A stretch of 64,000 nucleotides of DNA from Mobula hypostoma (taxonomy: Eukaryota), in the NCBI RefSeq assembly GCF_963921235.1, contig NC_086108.1:21948001-22012000 (forward strand). Reading direction: 5' to 3'. The position numbers and the translations under genes are program-made. The number at the start of each line of letters is the position of its first letter. Position 1 is the stretch's first letter. This document shows positions 51,880 to 63,440 of the stretch, one piece after another. The notes beneath the pieces were generated by a model. That model was not told where the DNA came from, searched no databases, and saw only the letters and a program-made list of their open reading frames with translations.

Positions 51880-52575
51880 ACAGAGGGATCTGGGAATACA
51901 GATCCATAATTCATTGAAAGTGGTGTCATGGGTATATAAGGTTGTAAAGAAAGCTTCTATTACATTGGCCTTCGTAAATCAATGTATTGCCTACAGGAGT
52001 TGGGATATTATGTTGAAATTCTATAAGACGTTGGTGAAGCCTAATTTGAAATATTGAGTGCAGTTTCGGTGACCTACCTACAGGAAAGATGTAAATAAGG
52101 TTGAAAGAGTGCAGATAAAATTTACAAGGATGTCGCTGGGACTTGAGAACCTGAGTTATAGGGGAACGCTGAATAGATTATTCTTTAGAATGTAGAAGAT
52201 TGAGGGGAGATTTGATTGAGGTATACAAAGTTATGAAGGGTATAAGTAGGGTTAACGCAAGTAGGCACTGAGGTTGGGTGAGACTGGAACTAGAGGTCAT
52301 GAGCTGATGGTGAAAGATGAAATATTTAAAGGGAACATGCGGGGTGGGGGAACTTTATCACTCAGAGAGTGCTGAGAGTGTGGAATGATTTGCTAGTGCA
52401 AGTGGTGGATGCATCGTCAATTTCAACATTTAAGAGAAATATGTATAGGTACATGGATGGGAGGGATACAGAAGGCTGTGGTGCAGGTGCAGGTTGATGG
52501 AACGGGCAGATTAATAGTTTGGCATGGACCAGGTGGGCCAAAGGGCTTGTTTCTGTGTTGTAGTGTTCTATGACT
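51880..52575 (+). mobile_element. Degenerate CR1 3' fragment
   Basis: 'ctataagacgttggtgaagcctaatttg', 'gaagattgaggggagatttgattgaggtatac'. Tail 'tagtgttctatgact'. Confidence 0.85.
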
Positions 52576-53132
52576 ACGTGAGGTTACTGATAGACATCTA
52601 TAACAATAAGAATTAAAGTCTTGGCTTAATTTTTACAACTGTAGATATTGATGCACTTAATAACAAGCCATGTCTAAGTCACTGACTTATATCGAATGGA
52701 AGCAGTAAGTCCCATTGCTGACCCCTTGGGAACAAAACATTCTGGTGTCCTCCATTCTGGGAAAATAACCGTTTCCAGCTTCCCTGATTTCCAACTTTAA
52801 TATGAAATTCTATCTTTGCTGCTGATGATCCTTTAATGGTACAGTCGGCAAAACTGATGACTAATCTTCTGTGTTGCACTATCAGGATCTGAACCTCTTG
52901 TAATTCCTCTTAAATCCTCTCCTCCACACTTTCCAATTCACTCCTTAAATGATACTTTTATGACTCATCCTTGGGCTTTTGGTTTCCTATTAACTTATGT
53001 GGTTCAAATTGCTTTAGGACATTGTCGTTCCTGAATAAATTGAACTTGTTCTGAAGTATTGGCTCTGAATTTGAGGTCAGCAATGAATCTCAAATGAAAA
53101 ATCATTTGTCATAAGGTTCTAACTTTCTTTAA

Positions 53133-53376
53133 GCAGGCTGGTGGCGTAGTGGCATCAGCGTTGGACTTCGGAGTGAAGGTTCCCGAGTTCGAATCCAGCC
53201 GGCTCCCTTGCACGCTTTCCATCCATGCTGGGTTGAGCATCGAGCTAGCAACTCAACCTCATAAAAATAAGAAAACCTGCTAAAAAAAACGCCGTCATGA
53301 CGGCGTCCCGATGACTCCACTTGGAGTTAAGGGCTTTCTTCTTCTTCTTTTCTTCGTCTTTGTCTTCTTCTTCTTC
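53133..53376 (+). mobile_element. tRNA-derived SINE with (CTT)n tail
   Basis: A box TGGCGTAGTGG (53142-53152), B box GAGTTCGAATCC (53185-53196), non-tRNA body, (CTT)n tail at about 53335-53376. Confidence 0.85.
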
Positions 53377-53549
53377 CAGCTATCTTTGTAACTAAAAACT
53401 CCCCTTGACTGAAGCCTGTTTCTTTCAGGCATGAATTCAGGAAATTCATTGAAAGTTGTGATGATGCTATCAACTTGGCTAATATTAAATAGATCTAATT
53501 TGGAAACCATGCAACAAACGTTATTAAAATTGCTTTTTAAGTGTCTGCT

Positions 53550-53817
53550 GGGAATGAAAATGACCGAGGGACTGCACAACAGCACCTTTCTCCATTTAAC
53601 TGATGAACCCATTGAACCCATGAACACTATCTCACTACTTTTTAAAAATTTCTGTTTTTGCACTATTTATCTTAATTCAGCTAGTTAATATACACATATA
53701 TACTTACTGCCATTCAGTTTTTTTCTGTATTTATCATGTATTGCATTGTACTGCTGCTGCTAAGTTAATACATTTCATGACATATGCCGGTGATATTAAA
53801 CCTGATTCTGATTCAGA
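53550..53817 (+). mobile_element. Rex1/Babar-type 3' tail
   Basis: 'gtattgcattgtactgctgc...atttcatgacatatgccggtgatattaaacctgattctgatt'. Confidence 0.7.
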
Positions 53818-54664
53818 TTATTTTGATATTTTACAACTAATTTTGAAGTTACAGCAGATTTCTTCTGAAGTGCTCATTTTGTCTCCCTTGCTGCCTGTTG
53901 TTAGTGCACTAATTTAAATCTAAATCAAATGACTTTAGAAGCATGCAAATGCACGGTATATCAGGGTTCAAATTAAGTTCACAAATGGGAAGGGCTGAGA
54001 AGCCTTTGGGCATTCTGCAAATCAAAATGAAACTTGTAAGTATGCAGCTGTCATTGGGTGAAGTGGCAAAGAATCATTGTTGTCTATGTAACGTGCTAAT
54101 GCTGTTAAGTCTGTGTAATGCTGTACAGTCCGGGGGATATACCCCAGCAGAGTAGAGTACACAAATGAAAGAAAAAGGGTTGGTGGCCTTTATTTATGGA
54201 CAGGAGCCATAATTCAAACAGAAACAAACAGAAGCTTGTCTAACACTGGAGAAATTGATACCGAGTTTGAAGGCTCCACTGTGCCCAGATGAACGGTAGT
54301 GTTGTTCCTTGAAACCATGTTGAATGTCATTTCGACAGTGAAAGAGGCCACATTCAGAGATGTTGGAGTGGAAATGTGATGGGCAATTGAAGTGGCAGAT
54401 ATCTGGAAGTTCAGGGTTATGCTTGCAGACTGAGCAGTGATTTTCTGTAAAGTGATCACCTAACTTTCTGTATATTTGTTTTTTCCCAACGTGGAGGAGA
54501 CCATATTGTTGACATTGAATATAATATATGAGATTCGAAATAATTCAAGTGAATTGCTGCATTATGTGGAACGAATGATTGAGTCCCAAGATACTGGGAA
54601 GGGAAGAGTTCAAAGGACAGCCATTATATCTCCTGCATGGGAGAGTACCTTTGCATTTGAAGTT

Positions 54665-55195
54665 GTTTGAGACATTAGTGAGGCTTAATTTAGAGTATTG
54701 TGTGTGTGCGCAGTTCTGGTCACCTACCTACAGGAAATCTCAATTAAATTGAAACAGTGTGGAGAAAATTGCACAAGGATGTTGCCAGAACTTGAGGACA
54801 TAAGTTATAGGGAGAGGTTGAATAGATTAAGACCTATTTCTCGTGCAGATTTACCTAGTGCAGTAGAATGAGGGGTAGAGATAAGGTGAATGGAAACAGG
54901 TTTTTCCCTCTGAGGTTGGGTGAGGCAACAAGTCATGGGTTAAGGATGAAAGGTGAAATGTTTAAGGGGAACATGAGGAGGGACTACGTCATTCTGAGGG
55001 TGGTGAGAATATGGAACGAGCGGAAGTGATGAATGCAGGTAAGAATTCAACATTTAAAATATTTGGATAGGTTCATGAATGGGAGGGCTAAGGTCTAAGT
55101 GCAGGTTGATAAGATTAGCCAGATTAATAGTTTGGCACAGACTAGATGGGCCAAAGGGCCTGTTTCTGTGCTGTAGTGTTCTATGACTCTATGAC
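54665..55195 (+). mobile_element. Degenerate CR1 3' fragment
   Basis: Similar to 51880-52575. Tail 'gtagtgttctatgactctatga'. Confidence 0.8.
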
Positions 55196-55347
55196 AAGTC
55201 ATTGTTGGTGGGGATGGAACAGGTGACTGAAAGGAGTGGTCCCTTGGAAATGCTAAAATGGGAGGGGAATACACTTGAGTACCTAATAAGGAGATAGTCC
55301 TGTGCACCAGATTGTAATGTGTGGTTATTTAAATTACTGTTATGTTA

Positions 55348-55472
55348 CTGACGAAGGGTTGCGGCCCAAAACGTTGACTGTTCGTTTCCACGGATGCTGC
55401 CCGACCTGCTGAGTTCCTCCAGCGTGTTGTGAGTGTTGCTCTGACCCCAGCATCTGCAGAGTATTTTGTGTT
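55348..55472 (+). mobile_element. Solo PLE terminal fragment beginning at the hammerhead core
   Basis: CTGACGA-A-GGGTTGCGGCCC-AAAA-CG-TT-GACTG followed by the 'gatgctgcccgacctgctgagttcctccagc' tail. Confidence 0.8.
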
Positions 55473-55950
55473 TATTATTCTTCTTTGGCACTGGTAGAAT
55501 TGTTGCCTTTTTGAAGCAAGTGAGAACTTCTGCCTGTAGCAGTGAGGGGTTGAAAATGTCCTTGAATACTCCTGCTAGCTGGTTGGCACAGGTTTTCAGA
55601 GCCTTACCAGGTACTCCATCAGGACCTTCCGCCTTGCAAGGGTTCACTCTCTTTAAAGACAACCTAACATCGGCCTCTGAGATGGAGATCACAGGGTCAT
55701 CAGGTACAGCAGGGATCTTCACAGCTGAAGTTGTGTTCTCCCTTTCAAAGTGGGCATAGAAGGCGTTGGGTTCATCTGGTCATGAAGTATTGCTGCCATT
55801 CATGCTATTGGGTTTTGCTTTGTAGGAAGTAATGTCTTGCAGACCCTGCCAGAAATGCCATGGATCCAATGTTGCCTCCAACCTCATTTGAAATTGTGTC
55901 TTCACCCTTGAAATTGTCCTCCGCAAATCATACCTGGTTTTCTGGTACAT
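55473..55950 (-). mobile_element. Rex1/Babar-type internal fragment
   Basis: 'KAEGPDGVPGKALKTCANQLAGVFKDIFN...CFKKATILPVPKK'. Confidence 0.85.
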
Positions 55951-56302
55951 GCGTGAGCTATTCTGAGCTATTTCGTTTATTTTCTGAAAGCCTTTCAAAG
56001 TTCACTGTCATTTCTATACAAATTCTCAGGGAGTGGAGGGAGAGGGTGGAGTCAAACTATTTGTCCCTGATGTTACCAGTATTGTGCTCAGTAAGAACAA
56101 GATTATTTTTGAGCTGAGTGTTGGAGACTGACTTTGGTTTGCTACTTTAGAGATATTGTCTGTGAAATCAAAAAAGGAAGAAATGATTCTGAAACAGGCT
56201 TTCCTGCATGCTTTTGTGCATTCCTTTGGGCTGATTGAAAACGAGTAGTTCTTTCTTATTTTGTTCAGTGCTGAAGAAGCTTGAAAAAGGAGAACTCTGA
56301 CC

Positions 56303-56327
56303 ATGCAGTCCACAGATGAGTATCACA
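56303..56327 (+). CDS. Candidate first coding exon of the short RASAL2 isoform (MQSTDEYH plus A, phase 1)
   Basis: accATG CAG TCC ACA GAT GAG TAT CAC A|GTGAGT in unique sequence. MQST resembles the MQTP start I recall for human short nGAP. Confidence 0.55.
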
Positions 56328-57054
56328 GTGAGTAAATTTTGAGACTTAGATACATTAATCAGGTGATATTTTGATGACCTGCCTAGTACTTTATCCACAG
56401 CTGCAGCTGACAGTATTACTGTTTTGAGTAAAGCAGGCAAAGCTTAGTTTTTATTTCCCCATAAACTATGTTGTCACTATTTTTGTTCAGTGCATTTCAG
56501 AATCACTTTGACTTAAGGCTCTTCTTGTAAAAGATCATCAATAATCAATGAAGCTATACTGAATGTGCATGTTATTCTAGTCTGTATGTTGGGAATTCAC
56601 AATTTAAATAGCAGTAGTTTTATAGAATGAAGTATCTGATGCACGGCTTTGGCAATTTACAGGAGATGGGATGTATTGATATGTGAAAGATGAGAGAGTT
56701 GAGGGTCATTAGAAAGGCCAGGAAAAAGTGGCACTGTCTTCCTTTTCTAACAAAAGGAACTTTAATGTGATTGAGACATCACTCAGCTTGGAGCTGAATT
56801 ATAGGCTGAGCTAAAAATAGTGAACCTTTCAACATGGATCATATCACTGAACTGCGACTACTGGTGATTTTAACTCCCAAGGACAAAGAAGGAATTAGCT
56901 CCTTATTGCTGTGTAAATAGATGGAACTGTTGTTCTAATCAGTTCAATTAATTGTAAGCAAAACTTGTTTAAAGTTTTCAAACTTTGGTAAAAAACTTAT
57001 TCACTTTTTTTTCTCCAACATGCTGATGTTGTTAGTAGTCTATATCAGCCGCTT

Positions 57055-57111
57055 CTCTCTCCTACCCTCCCTTCTACCCTCCCTTCTACCCTCCCTTCCA
57101 CCCTCCCTTCC

Positions 57112-57153
<42 letters not shown>

Positions 57154-57218
57154 ACATACATACATATATATATATATACTTACATATGTGTGTGTGTATG
57201 TATGTGTGTGTATATATA
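57055..57218. repeat. Compound repeat: about four 12-mer CTACCCTCCCTT units, then (TG)n and (TA)n
   Basis: Directly visible. Confidence 0.9.
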
Positions 57219-57224
57219 AATTAA

Positions 57225-57890
57225 GATAGGTAGTGCAAAAACAGAAATTTTAGAAAAAGCAGTGAGGTAGTGTTAATGAGTTCAATGTCCATTTAGAAAT
57301 CGGTTGTGGAGGGGAGTCTTCTGTACCTCCTTCCTGATGGTAACAATGAGAAGAGGGTATGTCCTGGGTGGTTGGGGTGCTTGATGATGGAAGCTGCTTT
57401 TCTGAGACACCACTCCTTGAAGATGTCTTGGATACAATGGAGGCTAGTACCCATGATGGAGCTGACTAATTTTATAACTCTCTGCAGCTGACTTCAATCC
57501 TGTGCCGCAGCCACCATCTCCCCTGAATCCAGAGAGCGATGCAGCCAGTCTGAATGCTCTCCATCTGTAGGAGTTTTCGAATGTTTTGGGTGACAAACCA
57601 AATCTCCTCAAACTCCTGATGAAATATAGCCACTATTTTTTTCTTTATAGCTGCATCGATATATTGGGACCAAGTTAGATCCCCAGAGATATTAATACCT
57701 AGAAACGTGAAATTGCTCACTCTTTCCACTTCTGATCCCTCTCTGAGGACTGGTGTGTGTTCCCTCGTCTTACCCTTTCTGAAATCTACAATCATTTGTT
57801 TGGTTTTACTGACGTTGAGTGCAAAGTTGTTGTTGTGAGACCACTCAACTACCTGCTATATCTCATTCCTGTATGCCCTCTCGTCACCAG
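57225..57890 (-). mobile_element. Rex1/Babar-type 3' fragment
   Basis: 'IVDFRKGK...[22 protein letters not shown]'. Confidence 0.85.
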
Positions 57891-58949
57891 TTTCATATAC
57901 CTCAATTTAATCTCCCTTCTGCTTCATTTATAGCTGGGTTAACAACCTCAGCTGAACTCAATTCATATGCCATTTTAGTGATTTCCTTGTGAATGTCCTT
58001 TGATTCTAAATAATGCTCTTAATGTATCCTTCAACTTGTTGTGTTTACAGTGCCTTATTTGTCCTTCTCAAAAATATTTCAGACTGAACTTCATTTATCA
58101 CATACCTATCTGAATGTATTGATAATTCCAGAAGGCTAATGCCTTCTTTGTGATTGGGCACACTGCCATTTTTTTGTGTATTGGACATGGTTTGGCTATT
58201 TAAATACAAATCATTAATGCAGATTTATCATGCAAATCAACAAATCCTATACTGTTCCCTGAAGAATACCTTTGCCTGCAACCTTTCGTTCATTTAAACT
58301 CTTACCCACACATATTGTGACCTTTTGCAGTCACTAAGCAAGTTTTACATCCATTGGCTTTGATTTTGCTAAATTGCTTCTTTATGTGTCAGATGTGCGG
58401 CCCTCCACATCCCTTCATGTTATCTCTTCAAAAATTTGCATCACCCGTGCAAACTTGAACGAAGGCTTGGCAAGACAAAAATATAATTGAACTTGGGAGG
58501 AGTCTGAAGTGTAGATGTTCCAGCCATGGTCAAGGTATGCTCCCCTGACAGAAAAGTGTGGAGAAACTAAAACCAGAGTTCTATTGATCTTAATAAAAAA
58601 ATACTGAAAAGAAGATCAGTTGCCATGTGTTAACACATGAAAGCTAGGCTGATAACAGTAACTTCAGAGGGTAAGCAAAACAAAAACAAAATGAGTAAGG
58701 CAAAGAAAACACGAGGAAACCTGGCAATAAAAATATGCCATAGCCAATGAATAGGAAAATGGAAACATAAGACACTGAAGATGCTGGAATCTGGGGCACA
58801 AAACAAATTGCTGGAAGAACTCAACTGGTCATCTATGGAGGCAAATGAATGGTTGCCATTTTGGGTCCAAGACCCTGCATCAGATGCTAAAAACCCACTG
58901 AGTTCCTCCAGCAGTGTTTTTTTTAAACAGGAAAAGGACTGTAAGAGGT

Positions 58950-60750
58950 GGAATTGACCAAGGTCCGAAGAAGACTTACTGATGAAAGCAATGGTCATAG
59001 CACAGGTATTAACTGACTATTTTGTATCAGTTTTCAACAAGGAAGAAGAAGCTGCTAAAATATCAACAAAGAAAGATAAAACTGATATTGTTGATAGGAT
59101 TAAAGTAGGTAAAAAGAGGAAGTACTTCAATCACAAACAAGAGAGAAATCCAAGTAACACACGCAAAATGCTGGAAGAACTCAGCAGGCTCTTACAAGCA
59201 GAACAAGTGCTACACCTGCTCCTACACTTCCTCCCTCACTACCATTCAGGGCCACTTGAAGGTGAGGCAACACTTCACCTGTGAGTCTGTTGGGGTCAAC
59301 GACTGTATCCGGTGCTCCTGGTGTGGTCTCCTGTATATCAGTGAGACCTGACATAGATTGGGAGACTGCTTCGGCAGGCACCTGTTCTCCGTCCACCAGA
59401 AAAAGCAGGATCTCCCAGTGGCTACCCATTTTAATTCTACTTCCCATTCCCATTCTGACATGTCAGTGCTTGCCTCTTCTACTGCTGCGATGAAACCACA
59501 CTCAGGCTGGAGGAGCAACACCTTGTATTTAGTCTGGGTAGCCTCCAAACTGATGGGATGAACATTGATTTCTCAAGCTTCCAATAATGCTTCCCCCCAC
59601 ACTTCGACATACCCCATTCCTGTTTCCCACTCTCACCTTATCTCCTTACCTGTCCATCACCCCCCTCCGGTGCTCCTCCCCCTTCCCTTTCTTCCATGTC
59701 CTTCGGTCCTCTCCGCTCAGGTTCCCTTTCTCCAGCCCTTTATCTCTTTCACCAATCGACTTCTCAGCTCTTCACTTCAACCCCTCCCCTTCTCCCAATT
59801 TCACCTATCACCTACTAGGTTATGTTTTTTCTTCCCCCACCCCCACCTTCTTACTCTGACTTCTCATCTTTTTTCTCCAGTCCTGATGAAGCGTCTGGCT
59901 TGTAATGTCGACTGTTTATTCTTTTCCATAGATGCTGCCTGGTCTGCTGAGTCCCTCCAGCATTTTGTGTGTGTTGAAGAGGAGGTACTTAATGGTTTAA
60001 CTCTATTGAGATGATAAAACACATGGTCTAGTCGGTCTGTATCCTAGGTTGTTGAAGGAAGTGAGAGGAGTTAGACATGTTCTGTACGTAATCGAATTCA
60101 GGGGGTGTGCTTGGGTACTGGAGAATTATTAATGGTACACATTTATTCAAAACCAGATGTTGGGATGAACCTGGTTATAACAGACCAGTCAGTTTAATTT
60201 CAGTGACGCTGAGGCTCTGGAAAGTATCATCAGAAACTGAAATTTACTGTCACTTTAGTGGATTGAATATAGGGAGGCTGCACTGATTTGTTAAAGACAA
60301 AACACCTAACTCACTGGGTAATACTTCCTGATCAGTTACTGGAGAGAATTAATGGGGAAGTGTGGTTGATATGCCAGTTATAAACATCCAAATGACATTG
60401 GATAAGATGGCATATCATAGGTATTCTATCAAAACTGAAGAAAACAGAATATAGCCACTATTGGTGGAAGGGTCAAGAACCTGGGAACATAAAATGAAAG
60501 TAATTGACAAGAGCAAAAAATTAGATGAGGAAATTTAATTTTTGCAACATAGGTTGGAATATGGAATGCACTGTCAAGGGTATTACTGGAGGCAGATTCA
60601 GATGTAGCATTTGAAAGGGAGTTGGATAAGTATGTAAAATGAAAGATTTTCTCGGGGCCAATAGGGAAAAGGATAGTGAGTGACATCAGCTGCATTGCTC
60701 GTGCATACATTCAGTGTTATTGATGGGCCAAATTGTCTCTTCCTGTGCTG
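58950..60750 (+). mobile_element. Very old CR1 remnant interrupted by a PLE
   Basis: 'AQVLTDYFVSVFNKE' on the left. 'gtatcctaggttgttgaaggaag', 'ataacagaccagtcagttta' and a CR1-like 3' end on the right. Confidence 0.6.
59128..59976 (+). mobile_element. 5'-truncated PLE preceded by a short inverted copy of its own tail, 14-bp TSD
   Basis: TSD AAGAGGAAGTACTT (59114-59127) / AAGAGGAGGTACTT (59977-59990). Inverted tail at about 59128-59190. GIY-YIG remnants. Confidence 0.88.
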
Positions 60751-61719
60751 CAATCACTTAGTAGTTTTGTAAGTATCAATGATAGACTGTCAGGCTTGGT
60801 AATTTGTCAGTGTCTTCTTTTTCTCTCTTTTTAAGAACCTGTACCACCTGACAATCTTATAGTACTTTAGCTCCATGATAATTATCTATAGACAATTAAA
60901 AAATGATAGTCAGTGCATCCACCTTTTCCAAACTGTATCAGATACGAGTTATTTGGACCTGATGATTTATTCACACTGTTGAGCACTGGAACAATCATAG
61001 GTATCCTCTCTCTTTTTTTATGCTCATTATTTCTCATATCTTCTTGACTTCATTGTTCAGATCGCCTCCTTTGAGTGTAAATTAATAATGGGAGTTTTCA
61101 AGGATTATGCTACAGTTGGAAAAGCTCATGCTTTTGGGTATTAAATAGCCATTTTTAATTGGTGAATAACCTCCAGAGAACATGGTGACTTCAGTGAAAT
61201 GATTAAAACTTGTGAGGGTTCTTGAGGCTTAGCTTAATTACACTGTAGACCAGCATCCTAGAGCGCCATGCTGAACTCTAAATATATCTTCAATGGTCAA
61301 GAGCAAATGTGTGGTCTTGACCATTGAAGAGACTTTGGAGATTGTGTGAAGTTGGGAAAAAATATTCAGTAGAAAATGGAACTGATTAACAGAAGGATTA
61401 TGATTTTTTAAAAAAAGAACAAGACAGTGCCAATTTCTTATACAATTACCTCTTTTTTGAATAGTTAGCTATGAGCACATCAGCAAAAAAGTCATCATGT
61501 GCTTTTGTGCAGAGCACTGCTGGAGTTATTAAACTTGCAGAGATGGTTAGCTGTACTAGAGTCTGAATTTAATTGTGTTATACAGGCCATTTTTTAATTT
61601 CACAATCTGGGAATGAAAAATATTATCCCTTTCCTGGATGGCCTGATGGTTTAAAGAAAATGACGTAACTGTAAGTGCAGAAGAACAAACAAGCTGGCTG
61701 TTGCTAGCCTATGTGAGGA

Positions 61720-62470
61720 ATTCAGAATTCAGAATCAGGTTTATTATCACTGGCATGTGACGTGAAATTTGTTAACTTAGCATCAGCAGCAGTACAATGC
61801 AATACATAATATAGAAGAAAAAAACCAAAATAAAATAATAATAAATAAATAAATAACTAAATCAATTACAGTATATGTATATGGAATGGATAAAAAATTA
61901 TGCAAAATCAGAAATACTATATATTCAAAAAAGTAAGGTAGTTTACAAGGGTTCAATGTCCATTTAGGAATCGGGTGGCAGAGGGGAAGAAGCTGTTCCT
62001 GAATCGCTGAGTGTGTGCCTTCAGGCTTCTGTACCTCCTACCCGATGACACCATTGAGAAAAGGGCATGTCCTGGGTGATGAAGGTCCTTAATAATGAAT
62101 GCTGCCTTTCTGAGACACCGCTCCCTAAAGATGTCCTGGGTACTTTGTAGGCTAGTACCCAAGATGGAGCTGACTAAATTTACAATCCTTTGCAGCTTCT
62201 TTCAGTCCTGTGCAGTAACTCCCCCCCATACCACACAGTGATGCAGCCTGTTAGAATGCTCTCCATGATACATCTATAGAAGTTTTTGAGTGTATTTGTT
62301 GACATACCAAATCTCTTCAAACTCCTAATGAAGTATAGCCGCTGTCTTGCCTTCCTTATAACTGCATCAATATGTTAGGGCCAGGTTAGATCCTCAAAGA
62401 TCTTGACACCCAGGAACTTGAAACTGTTCACTCTCTCCACTTCTGATCCCTCTATGAGGATTGGTATGTG
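61720..62470 (-). mobile_element. Rex1/Babar-type 3' fragment (same family as 47293-48100)
   Basis: 'IIKDLHHPGHALFS...RYRSLKAHTQRFRNSFFPSATRFLN'. (CAGAAT)-like tail. Confidence 0.88.
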
Positions 62471-62904
62471 TTCACAGCATTCACAGCATTCATTAAAGGA
62501 GGTTTGCAACAGGAACATTACAATGCAGGTTAAATGGGACTATATCACAAATGCATATGGATATGTGCCTTGCTATTTAAGACAGAAAAATATACTGTGG
62601 CCCACTATTGTAGCTATTATGTGCTATACAAGCACAATTGACTTGTATAAACCTAAACTTTGTGTGGTTGACAAAGAAAATTTTAAAAAGCTTTTTTATT
62701 TTTAGTCATTAAAATCTCTTAAATACAGTGGATTGTTTTTCAGCCAGAAGTCACTGTGGTATTTTTAAAGAGTCGGTTGGCATGATTGTTCCTCACACCT
62801 GAATGTATGTGCGATGAAAGACACTGCTGGAAAATGTTCGCTTGCTAGTGGATGATGTTTGTCTTGTCAAGTGCCTCATCAAAATCATAGCAGCTAGGCT
62901 CTCT

Positions 62905-63440
62905 GTTCGAAGTTCAAAGTAAATTTATTATCAACTTACATATATGTCACCATATACAACCCTGAGATTCATCTTCTTGCAGGCATTCACAGCAGATACT
63001 TGAAACACAATAGAAGCAATGGAAAGACTACACCCAACAGGACAGACAAATAACCAATGTGCAAAAGAGAATAAAATGTGCAAATAAAAAAAGAAAGAAA
63101 AGTGTGATGATAATAATAACAAATAAATAAGACAATAAATATTGAGAACATAAAATGTAGAGTCTTTGAAAGTGAGTCCTTAGGTTGTGGGAACAGTTTA
63201 GTGATGGGGTGAATGAAGTTGAGTGAGTTAGTCTCTCTTGTTCAAGAGCCTGATGGTTGAGGGATTGTAACCGTTTTTGAACCTGATGGTGTGAGTCCAG
63301 AGGTTCCTCTACCTTTTTCCTGACAGCAGCAGTGAGAAGAGAGCATGACCAGGGTGGAGGAGTACTTAATGTTGGATGCTGCTTTTCTGCAACGCACTCC
63401 ATATAGATGTGCTCAATAGTGGTGAGGGATTTACCCGAGA
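62905..63440 (-). mobile_element. Rex1/Babar-type 3' end
   Basis: Tail 'gaagttcaaagtaaatttattatc'. Similar to 23675-24165. Confidence 0.8.

Noticed and set aside
53136..53205. tRNA gene
   Set aside because: A and B boxes are present, but I could not build a convincing cloverleaf and the sequence runs into a SINE body and tail.
61610..61680. Third alternative first exon at 'aactGTAAGT'
   Set aside because: The nearby ATGs all meet in-frame stops before the donor-like site.
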